From positions 1-62,587 of the forward strand of contig JAUCBJ010002408.1 in NCBI GenBank assembly GCA_032718475.1: DNA of 62,587 nt. Reading direction: 5' to 3'. The DNA is from Nemertoderma westbladi (taxonomy: Eukaryota > Animalia > Xenacoelomorpha). The notes under the pieces were generated by a model. The model worked only from the letters and a program-made list of their open reading frames with translations, did not search any database and was not told where the DNA came from. The position numbers and the translations under genes are program-made. Positions 14,501 through 26,500 of the stretch are shown piece by piece. The first letter of the stretch is position 1; every line of letters starts with the position of its first letter.

Positions 14501-17500
14501 ATTATTACAGGAGAAAAGACGGCTGAAGAACAATTCCTGAAAGATATAGAGAAGAGAGGATTACCGAGTTCGAACACCAACCTCCACGTGTGCGCAACAC
14601 GGATCGGTAGATGGGACCAACTTGTTGACTTTATGTCTCTAGGAGACGAGAAACGACGGGGATTGGACCGTCTTATCGTCCATTGCATACACAACGACCT
14701 CAACGAATCCAACCCATTCCCCAGACTCGTCGTTAAGTCTATGGAACCGTACGAGGTTCTAGAATGCGCCTTACATCTCGCTTCCGTTTACCACGGTTAC
14801 CCTAGCAACGCACTCCCCCACGATAAAGTTCTTAGACGAGAGAAAGGTGACAGAGGGGTGGACTTTCAGCTCGCAGAAATTGTCTCAAAAATATAATTGC
14901 CAGAGATTCTTCCTACGCACAGTAACAAAGTTATTCCGGACATGGGATTAAGGTTAAACAACGCTATGTTCAAAACATTGATAAACACTTAAAGGAAATG
15001 AAATTACATTACAAGCAACTCTGTTTCTGTGTTGGTTAAGTTCTGTATTGTTATAATGTTATTTGTTAAAAGGTAGCACGTTATCGCCTTTCTTAAAATA
15101 ACATCCACGTCATTTTGGCTGCAGATTTCACTATAAAATAAATCAATTTTACACTAAAATCTTCGTCACTTAAACTTAAATCATCAATCGCCATAAAAAA
15201 TTTGAGTCACAATTTTTATTTCCTAACCAAGCGAGTTTAAGGAATGTCACAAGTCTGGGGACACGTGACTTTCAAATAAATTTACCAGCTGAGAGAAAAA
15301 TACGAAAATTACAGATAAGGAAATATCTAACCAAAACAATAAAATATACTGTTAGAACTTTAGGGAAAGGAGAACGACACAGATGTGGCATTTCCAATAA
15401 ATTATTTCCAAATGGGAAAAAGTAGCACTGGGTGGGTGTTAGTGTTAGAACTACCCCCTCTACGTAGTAGAATAGGTGTACAGACAAAATTGTCAAGCTC
15501 TACTGCTGCAGAGAATAATGAGATCATTTTGTGAGGAACAACAAGTTATCGGTATATTCGAGATGGGATTCCCGCCAATATATCCCACTTATCTCGTACA
15601 ACTATAAGAGATGGCTTCATAGATAATAAATGGACCATTTATATAACTCACCTTAGCTTTGAGCATCTCAGCAGGGATAACTTTCAAAGAATTCTTCAAC
15701 CAATTTTCCAAACTCTTCGCGAAGTTTCGAATGGCCTGTGTGAGAGTGCTTGGTATGGGGCGTAAAACATCGGGAATTAAAACCTCAACAAGAGCCTAAA
15801 ATACAACAGAATTAGCAGATGATACAGACAGAAGGTGGACTGACTGACTGCATGGAATTAAAGTTAAATTAAAACGTGAAAGTTATGAATTAAATCAAAG
15901 TTCGATAAAAAAAAAAACTACTTTCCTAATTGACATATTTTAAAGGAATATTGTTATAAACATAGTGCAGCATAATACAGCATAGAGAGATGCAGCATCG
16001 GTATAAAGAACTATCTAAAATAACAAACCTGATACAACAATGTATCACAGACACGGAAATATTCAATAACTGGTGTAGAAGCAGCGAAGGCCATGAGTTT
16101 AACCTTAGAGAGTCGGGGTTCAGAATCCTCAGTAACCTCGTCAGACCTCCAGAAGGTCTGCCACAGAGCCTCGATAAGTGGAAACTGGAGATTCACAACT
16201 ATATCGACAATCGATTCACAATGTTCTCTGTGGGGAGTAATAATGTGGTGCATTAGGGGGGGGATTAAATCGCGGTTTACAGTATATAGGGTCCCCGGTT
16301 TTCAGGACCAAGATTTTAAATTTTGAAAATAAAAATTGAATTAAATTTTTCTTTAACAGTAAATATATTTTCTTGAGAACTAAATGTAATTGGCGTTTTA
16401 TCGTAACAAAAAAAAACGGGATTACATTTTATCCAGGGATCCTTTTTTGGGATCGAGATCCTTATTGAACAAAAATAATTTGGACGCTCGCCACCACACC
16501 AATAATATGACATAACGGCTAATAGACCCCCTAACCTGTAGAGATTTTGGAGTGCAGCTACATCCTCCTCCGTGCAACCCTCAGGCATCTTATCAGCTGG
16601 TATAGTCAGGGCTGGGAAGGTTGGCATAGCGTCGGCGGGATCACCGAGGTATTGCTGGTGACTCATCGAAGAATCACCGCCCATTCCAGGGCCGCCACCT
16701 GGGCCTTTAGACCTAGTGAGATGTGAGTAGACAGATAGTACGCAACGCATACATATAGATACAAGGATACGCGCACACAGTAAATATATATCGCTGGTAA
16801 TCCTGTGAATTTTGGATCAAGGTAGAACACCAACACATTATATATCAAAGTCAGAAACCTCAGAAAAGCTCAAAACTACGTTAAACTAATAGTGGAAATT
16901 GTTTCAAGTCAAATGTGTTAAACCATCTTAACAATTTACAAAGGAAATTAAAGCAAAAGTCATGATGTCAGTAAAGTCAGTAAGGTGTGTCAGGTGACCA
17001 TGGTAACACAGAACAAACACGTCATGATCGTGGTAAGATTCTAAAGGTTTTAGGTTTTATTAAGGTATAATTTATTATTGTTAATAAATTAAATACTAAC
17101 TTTTTGGTGGGTATCGGCTGTTGTCTCATAGGAACTGTGTGCATATCATCCTGCAACTGATTTAGAGGGGAACCTGGCTTGATACGAATTCCGTAGTAGT
17201 GGTATTTCGAGTTACCTCTAAGTAACATAATAATCAGGTTAAAGAAAAGGAACATTTGGTTAATAAGACTAAATCATAAACATCGTATTCATACCTCTAT
17301 TATTGGGAAATGGATCTGGGATGGGCGCGGAACATGGAGGTATGGTAACCTGGGATGGGCGCGGCACATGAGGTATGGTAACCTGGGATGGGCGCGGAAC
17401 ATTGAGATATGGTAATCTGAGAGGGGCGCGGCACATGGGGGTATGGGGATCGGGTATGAGTGTGGCACATGGCGATGGAGATCTGGGATGGTTGTGACAA

Positions 17501-20500
17501 TGTGGGTATCGGGATCTGGGATTGGTGCGGCATTTCAAACGGTATAGCTAACTAATTGTAGTACCGTTAAGGTAAATTTAACGGGAAGTCAAGTTCTGTA
17601 ATTAATGGCGATATTAGAAGAAACAATCAATTATAATTTGCTAAATAATATATAATTTGTTCAACAACAAAAATCAAAACAACAATGGGGTTAGTAATGT
17701 TGAGAGTTAGTAATGTAATAATAATTAAGTATTTGCCGTTAGTTGTTAAGATTAAGTCATTATGGTTAGTAAGATTGAGTGTTTGTGGTTAGTAAGATTG
17801 AGTGTTTGTGGTTAGTAAGATTTAGTGTTTGTGGTTAGTAAGATTGAGTGTTTGTGGTTAGTAAGATGGGGTGTTTGTGGTTAGTAAGATTGAGTGTTTG
17901 TGGTTAGTAAGATTGAGTGTTTGTGGTTAGTAAGATGGGGTGTTTGTGGTTAGTAAGATTGTGTGTTTGTGGTTAGTAAGATTGGGTGTTTGTGGTTAGT
18001 AAGAATGAGTTTCTGTGGTTAGTAATATTGAGTGTTTGTGGTTAGTAAGATTGAGTGTTTGTGGTTAGTAAGATTGAGTGTTTGTGGTTAGTAAGATGGG
18101 GTGTTTGTGGATAGTAAGATTGAGTGTTTGTGGTTAGTAATGGTTAGTAAGATTGAGTGTTTGTGGTTAGTAAGATGGGGTGTTTGTGGTTAGTAAGATT
18201 GTGTGTTTGTGGTTAGTAAGATTGGGTGTTTGTGGTTAGTAAGAATGAGTTTTTGTGGTTAGCAATATTGAGTGTTTGTGGTTAGTAAGATTGAGTGTTT
18301 GCGGTTAGTAAGATTGAGTTGAGTGATTGTGGTTAGTAAGATTGAGTGTTTGTGGTTAGTAAGATTGAGTGTTTGTGATTAGTAAGATTGGGTGTTTATG
18401 GTTAGTAAGATTGAGTGTTTGTGGTTAGTAAGATTGAGTGTTTGTTGTTAGTAAGATTGAGTGTTTGTGGTTAGTAAGATTGAGTGTTTGTTGTTAGTAA
18501 GATTGAGTGTTTATGGTTAGTAAGATTGAGTGTTTGTTGTTAGTAATATTGAGTGTTTGTGGTTAGTAAGATTGAGTGTTTGTTGTTAGTAATATTGAGT
18601 GTTTGTGGTTAGTAAGATTGAGTGTTTGCGGTTAGTAAGATTGAGTTGAGTGATTGTGGTTAGTAAGATTGAGTGTTTGTGGTTAGTAAGATTGAGTGTT
18701 TGTGATTAGTAAGATTGGGTGTTTATGGTTAGTAAGATTGAGTGTTTGTGGTTAGTAAGATTGAGTGTTTGTTGTTAGTAAGATTGAGTGTTTGTGGTTA
18801 GTAAGATTGAGTGTTTGTTGTTAGTAAGATTGAGTGTTTGTGGTTAGTAAGATTGAGTGTTTGTTGTTAGTAACATTGAGTGTTTGTGGTTAGTAAGATT
18901 GAGTGTTTGTTGTTAGTAAGATTGAGTGTTTGTTGTTAGTAAGATTGGGTGTTTGCGGTTAGTAAGATTGAGTTGAGTGATTGTGGTTAGTAAGATTGAG
19001 TGTTTGTGGTTAGTAAGATTGAGTGTTTGTGATTAGTAAGATTGGGTGTTTATGGTTAGTAAGATTGAGTGTTTGTGGTTAGTAAGATTGAGTGTTTGTT
19101 GTTAGTAAGATTGAGTGTTTGTGGTTAGTAAGATTGAGTGTTTGTTGTTAGTAATATTGAGTGTTTGTGGTTAGTAAGATTGAGTGTTTGCGGTTAGTAA
19201 GATTGAGTTGAGTGATTGTGGTTAGTAAGATTGAGTGTTTGTGGTTAGTAAGATTGAGTGTTTGTGATTAGTAAGATTGGGTGTTTATGGTTAGTAAGAT
19301 TGAGTGTTTGTGGTTAGTAAGATTGAGTGTTTGTTGTTAGTAAGATTGAGTGTTTGTGGTTAGTAAGATTGAGTGTTTGTTGTTAGTAATATTGAGTGTT
19401 TGTGGTTAGTAAGATTGAGTGTTTGCGGTTAGTAAGATTGAGTTGAGTGATTGTGGTTAGTAAGATTGAGTGTTTGTGGTTAGTAAGATTGAGTGTTTGT
19501 TGTTAGTAAGATTGAGTGTTTGTGGTTAGTAAGATTGAGTGTTTGTGATTAGTAAGATTGGGTGTTTATGGTTAGTAAGATTGGGTGTTTATGGTTAGTA
19601 AGATTGAGTGTTTGTTGTTAGTAAGATTGAGTGTTTGTGGTTAGTAAGATTGAGTGTTTGTTGTTAGTAAGATTGAGTGTTTGTGGTTAGTAAGATTGAG
19701 TGTTTGTGATTAGTAAGATTGGGTGTTTATGGTTAGTAAGATTGGGTGTTTATGGTTAGTAAGATTGAGTGTTTGTGGTTAGTAAGATTGAGTGTTTGTT
19801 GTTAGTAAGATTGAGTGTTTGTGGTTAGTAAGATTGGGTGTTTGTTGTTAGTAAGATTGGGTGTTTGTTGTTAGTAAGATTGAGTGTTTGTTGTTAGTAA
19901 GATTGAGTGTTTGTGGTTAGTAAGATTGGGTGTTTATGGTTAGTAAGATTGGGTGTTTATGGTTAGTAAGATTGAGTGTTTGTGGTTAGTAAGATTGAGT
20001 GTTTGTTGTTAGTAAGATTGAGTGTTTGTGGTTAGTAAGATTGGGTGTTTGTTGTTAGTAAGATTGGGTGTTTGTTGTTAGTAAGATTGAGTGTTTGTGG
20101 TTAGTAAGATTGGGTGTTTGTTGTTAGTAAGATTGAGTGTTTGTTGTTAGTAAGATTGAGTGTTTGTGGTTAGTAAGATTGGGTGTTTGTTGTTAGTAAG
20201 ATTGGGTGTTTGTTGTTAGTAAGATTGAGTGTTTGTGGTTAGTAAGATTGGGTGTTTGTTGTTAGTAAGATTGAGTGTTTGTTGTTAGTAAGATTGAGTG
20301 TTTGTGGTTAGTAAGATTGGGTGTTTGTGGTTAGTAAGATTGGGTGTTTGTTGTTAGTAAGATTGAGTGTTTGTGGTTAGTAAGATTGGGTGTTTGTTGT
20401 TAGTAAGATGGGGTGTTTGTTGTTAGTAAGGTTGAGTGTTTGTGGTTAGTAAGATTGAGTGTTTGTGGTTAGTAAGATTGGGTGTTTATGGTTAGTAAGA

Positions 20501-23500
20501 TTGAGTGTTTGTGGTTAGTACGATTGGGTGTTTATGGTTAGTAAGATTGAGTGTTTGTGGTTAGTAAGATTGGGTGTTTGTGGTTAGTAAGATTGGGTGT
20601 TTGTTGTTAGTAAGATTGAGTGTTTGTGGTTAGTAAGATTGAGTGTTTGTGGTTAGTAAGATGGGGTGTTTGTGGTTAGTAAGATTGAGTGTTTGTTGTT
20701 AGTAAGATGGGGTGTTTGTGGTTAGTAAGGTTGAGTGTTTGTTGTTAGTAAGATTGAGTGTTTGTTGTTAGTAAGATTGGGTGTTTGTGGTTAGTAAGAT
20801 TGGGTGTTTGTTGTTAGTAAGATTGAGTGTTTGTGGTTAGTAAGATTGAGTGTTTGTGGTTAGTAAGATGGGGTGTTTGTGGTTAGTAAGATTGAGTGTT
20901 TGTTGTTAGTAAGATGGGGTGTTTGTGGTTAGTAAGGTTGAGTGTTTGTGGTTAGTAAGATTGAGTGTTTGTTGTTAGTAAGATTGGGTGTTTGTGGTTA
21001 GTAAGGTTACATACACCGACCTGGTGCCAAGTCGACGTGTTCTCAACCCCAGGAACACAGATCGGATGAGCTTCCCGAAGGATGCCGCGTTTACTGGTTC
21101 AATCTGCTGCTCCTGGCAGTGCAGCAAATAATGATGATACAATGTGCATCGGGGCAACGACACACCTTCAGCAGTCTCATAGTTGTCTATTAGCCATTGG
21201 ACCTACCGTAAAGAATTAAATTGATTTTCAGTTGATTGGAAAGCAATAAATAAATTAATCAAAATAATCATTGAGGAAGTTAATCAATTAATACAGTAGT
21301 TAGAAGCGGTATGATTTAAATAATTACAACATTTTTTACCCCACAATCAAACACAATATCATGGAATACGGTGTGCTATTTCAGGTACACGACTAACCCC
21401 ACCCCCCCCCCCCCCCAAATTTTTTCTAAAAATTTTACTGAGATCGCGTGAAACACAAAAAAGTTTGCCCTCCCGACCAATTAGTGGCTGAGTAGAAAGG
21501 ATTCTTTTCGCTCACACTTTCGATACAAGCCTGTGTAAAAGTGTCTCCTGTTAATGCACTCAGTAGTAAAAGCGCAAAAAATCCTGTCAAACTGTAATCG
21601 TTGCCCCAGTTCGAGTTTATCTGTTTCTATTTCAAATTTTCATGCGATCTCAACAAGTTTACTTTCGTGTACCAGAATTAGGATACTATATTCTGGGATA
21701 TGGAGAATATTGGTGGAGAAGAGAAGTTTACAGTAAATGCAAGAATATTAAACCATTGGAAACATAAAGAGCATGATTGTGAATTCCTGCAGAGGTAATT
21801 TTATTACGTCATTGATTGCTGATGACGTCATTGATTGCTGATGACGTAGATTATAACCTGGTGCCAAGACGTCGAGTTTTGAGGCCGGGGAATACGGATC
21901 GAATAAGTTTACCGAAACTGGCGGCGTTAACCGGCTCCAGCTTGTTAACGTTACAGTGCTGGAGGTAGTGGTTGTACAGTAGCGACCGCGGCAGGGACAC
22001 ACCCTCTGATGTCTCGTAATTGTCCACCAACCACTGCACCTAATCCAACAGAAAGCTCTCTAAACCCCCAACAATAGATAGACCCAGTCATTATTACTTA
22101 TACATTGTGTTTCAAGTCAGTTACCGAAATTTTCAGAAAATAATTATAACTTTATTCGAAAATTAAAATGTTTTGTAACTCAACAGTAGGTAAGTAGAGG
22201 ATGTAATAGGTAGAACTTTTTACGGCTGAAAATAAATTGTTTTTACGGCGCGTGGGATTCCCGTAGCGTCCATAGTACACTGACAATCAATAAGCACTTT
22301 ACCGGTACACCCGGCACAGGTCAAACACCACTTACTTTCATTTTACAGATCTTCTGCAAACTGTACCGGTACAGTGGTAGGCCTAGCCCTAGCCCACATA
22401 TATTAACTAGACATAGGCCTCATGTCAAAACGGTATATTAACGATTAGAAAAATAACCTATTTAGTATATTGAAAATTAATTTTTAGCCTATAATTTTTA
22501 ATAACAATATAGACATTTTTTTATTTAAATAAATATTTCAATTTTCGAATAAAATTACTTACTCCAGGTCATAGTCTACCACCACTTAATAAGATTGCAT
22601 TTCTCGTTAGTTACTATGGGAAATAGTGTGATAAAGACATTACATCACTACTAGTCTTGTGAGATAAAAAGTTTCCAACAATACCTTAAGTAATGAAAGG
22701 ACTTTTTATTATTTTTATGATTTATCAAATTTAATTAAAATAACAAATTTGTATTATAGATGTAAATTCATTTGAGAAAAAATGTAAGGGAAATAACTCA
22801 TCTCTAGGCTTAGTTGTCAGAAATTCAGATGTTATGCATATTATTCATTATTGAAATGTGCCGTTATGTTATGTGCCAAAACTCATACAATGTGCCAATA
22901 CCATGGCTTATTTATTTAATAACAAAACGCCTACAAAACTCAATAGGCAATTAATACCCAAAAAGGGTACGTATAACAGTTGAAACTTTGCTACATATAT
23001 AAATGGCCACCGATTAGCATATTACTACGTATAATTTACGTTACAATATGAAAAATGATCAGTCCGTAACATTTACAGTTGCACATAATTGTATAACTTC
23101 ATGCATTCGGCGAAGATTTATCCCTCAGAGATAACCGACCATTACGGGAAACTCATTTCATCAATAAATTGTTTTATAACATTGGACTGTTATACTGTAG
23201 GAAAGGTACATGCACGGTAAATTTGAATATGAGTTGTTTAAAAACATCGATAATAATACATCATGCGAATAAAAGATGTGGTATTTTGGTAAATAAATCT
23301 TTAATTCCTAACTTTCTAATTGTTTATTATTATTGCTTAACGCCTTTGTTTTAATTTAATTGATACACCAAGTTAAGTAAATACATAGCGGATTTTAATT
23401 GGACAAATTTTAACATAACTTAGCTTGTTTTATTAATTCAATTAAAACAATCATTAAGAATCATTAATATTAATTAAGTGCTTGGATCCTTCACATATTA

Positions 23501-26500
23501 ATTAATTAATGAAAAATGTGAGAAGAATGTGTTTTGAACGAGGATTAATATTTCCATTTATTTTAGAAAACACAAAACTAACTAAAGAAGTAACATTCAA
23601 ACAGAAATAGAGATGGCCTCGCATGCAAACGCCGTAACCTATCTGCGGTGTCCGGCACAAGGGTCGCCTGAACTGCGATAGATTGGATGGGATATGGATA
23701 AGCCATTATAAAGGTAAGCAAAAAATCAGACGTGATACTGAGTTATTAAATAGGCCTAACTTTAATTTCAATTTAAAAAGGTTAAATTGTTTTTGTTTTT
23801 TATTGTTAGAAGGCCGTAGGGCTTATTGCTGTCTATAGTCAAAAAACGTTTAAGTTTGTCTGTATGTTTGTTTGTGAAGATTGATATTGGCTTGAAATTG
23901 TTTTGGTAAAGTCTGATTTCAACGGTACCTGTCATCTGAAATATGATTTTATATCTTTGGATGCAGTCTACTAAACTAACTGTACAATCACATTAAAAAA
24001 AAGGGCGATGATCGGTTTTCGATATAGCTTATAGCATCCAGCTTGCTGTCTCTATAGAGTTTTATTATATAAACATAAACCTTTCAGATTACGATGTTTT
24101 CATTCGAGGCCATCAAAATAGCTAAATTTTTAATGATTCTCTCAAATTTAACTTCTTCTAGATTACGACATTTACATACTGAGGCTATCGAATCAACACA
24201 AAGTGCATTGAAACGGAAAACAATAAACATCTAAAGGGAGTCTAACACATGGATGGAGGCTTACAGTGGCGGGCGAGGCGCAACTGGCTGGCGTGCGTCC
24301 GACGTGGACGGTGGTGGTGAGATGGGTCGCGCTAACCGGCCCCCCTGTCCCATCCATCTCGGGGGCGCTCGCCGTAGCCACGCCGGCTTGCGTCGCGTAA
24401 ATATACGCCGCTCCGATTGCGTCAATGGGCTGGTACTGGTGCTGTTGCTACGCAACGTATACAGAGGGCAGGTGGAAGAAAGAAATAAATAAACCGTGAA
24501 ATAAAGAGTCCCGCAACCTTTTAGTTTACCCGTAACCAAGGAGACACAATAGGACATCCACCAGTATTAATATAAAAATAAGTACGATAACAACAAATAG
24601 TTGGTAAATAACATCTATAAAAAGTAACACAAATTAAACGAACATGTAAAAGATATAAAAAATTCATTATACTATAATAATAAAAGGTTGTTTGTCTGTC
24701 TCTTTACCAAACGATTTATCAGAATTTTCCAGCAGAATCCCTCCCGCTGTATATTAAATTAAATCACAAAAATGTTTTCAAATTGCCTATAAAAACCTTT
24801 TAAAATTTGTAAAAGAAATAAATAATATAATTTTGAGGTTCTCAACCAAATTAATTTCTCAAGTGTTTCGGTTTTTTAATACTTCGAGTTAGTTTATTAG
24901 TTATATAAATTATTTATATCCAAGCTGGGTATATTATATAGTTGAAACAGAGACTTGTCACTGATCTCTGATCTCTGGAATCTCCGGTCAGTTTTTTGGT
25001 CTCCGGATAGGTCTCTGGTTCCCGGGTATTGAAAACATACATATTAACCAGAGATCAGTGATTTTCAAATTAAAATTATATATTTATCTTGTACAAGATA
25101 ACATGAAAAATGACGATTTTATCACAAAAACTTGTTTACTATAAAAATAATTACTTTAATTTTCAAAAATTTTGATACACCGCTTCAACAAAATTATATA
25201 GCAACTTATGTAAAAGTAAAGACAGCGCTTTTCACCTTGTTGTAGGCTATATATTACGGCCCCCAAATGAAGATAACGAGCGTAACGAGACTTGCAATAG
25301 GGTCGAGTAGAGTTCTGCACCTGTGCACTTTATTGCACCAAATTATAAGTACAAAAATAAGCCAAGTCTCTGATCTCCGGCTCTGGTCTCCGGTATTTTT
25401 CAAAATAATTCTCTGGGAAGGTATCTGGTTCACCGGGATTAAGAAAAGGTCTCTGTTTCAACTCTAGTATATTATTTAGTTTTGTTACGAAATTGTGACG
25501 TCACTAACTACCCCCCCCCCCCCCCCATTTCCCATGCGAGAATATGTTATTATTATAAAACATAATTGTCTTTTTTTTCCAATCTGCTGACTCGACATGT
25601 AACTTAGCAATTAACAGTAACACCCGCGACCACCGGTCACAAACGATTGACCGTACAAACTCATACGAATGGGGGCGAGCCTCGCATTAAATAAACTAAT
25701 CAGCATCGATGATATGTTACGTGGATTCATAATGTTTCGAGGTTTAGTCTAATGTTGCTCCAGCTGTTCATGTGGCCGTACGTAATTCCACTTCCGAGTG
25801 ATGTGAACAAGTCGTTGGTACATAGTTTAAGCTTCAAAGTAAAAAACATCTCGAACACAAATTTAAAAAACAAAGATATATTGTAAGACTGAATTAAATA
25901 ACTAATTACGTAGAATAAACTCACAGTAGCCGGCGACGCACGCGTTGTGTGAGTTATAGGAGCGCCCTCTGCCGCCATGGTGGAGCCTTGCAGTAAGTAG
26001 GTGGTCTCTCCTTGCGGCACGGCCACTGTGGTTCCACCGGGACTGGTCTGGTAGTAAGTTGTTGTGTTCCCCGACGATAGCTGCTGTTGCTGTTGAGGTT
26101 GTTGGTATATACCGTCGGCAGTTGTTGTGTAATTCCCGTTCGCCCTAAATATAAAAAAAACGTATATAATTGGAAACAGTTATCGCTTTAGTTTCATTTA
26201 CATTGTGGCTATCTTACGTACTTACAATTAGGCCAAGGGATTACCCGTGCGCTCCCCCCAGAACTAAACTCCCCCAGAGGAAACTAACTCATTTAGCTAC
26301 CAATGCAAAGCAGAAACGCCCCCCTTGGTTATTCACTTTAAAACATTCGCACCGAAACGAAAACAGCCCTGGCCCCTACGCGGGGATCGAACCCACGACC
26401 AATGTGAATTTAAGGCAACGGATTTAACCACTGCGCCAAAGTGCGCTAACACTAATTACTTACCGTGTTATGTAAAAGTAAAATTGTTAAGTATATTCAT

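Noticed and set aside
17763-21006. Telomeric repeat
   Set aside because: It contains GGTTAG but the unit is 23 bp rather than (TTAGGG)n or (TTAGG)n, and it lies inside an intron.
21009-21014. Alternative donor GTATGT 6 nt downstream of the exon-b donor
   Set aside because: It would insert two residues into the invariant TRGNSKY wing; possible, but unsupported.
21021-22039. DBD duplication as a haplotype/assembly artefact or a second RFX gene
   Set aside because: Many synonymous differences, unrelated flanks, and only one copy of the other exons in the window.
26370-26447. Functional tRNA gene (also a tRNA-like fragment at about 47868-47925)
   Set aside because: Poor anticodon and acceptor pairing and no terminator; more consistent with a SINE head or pseudogene.
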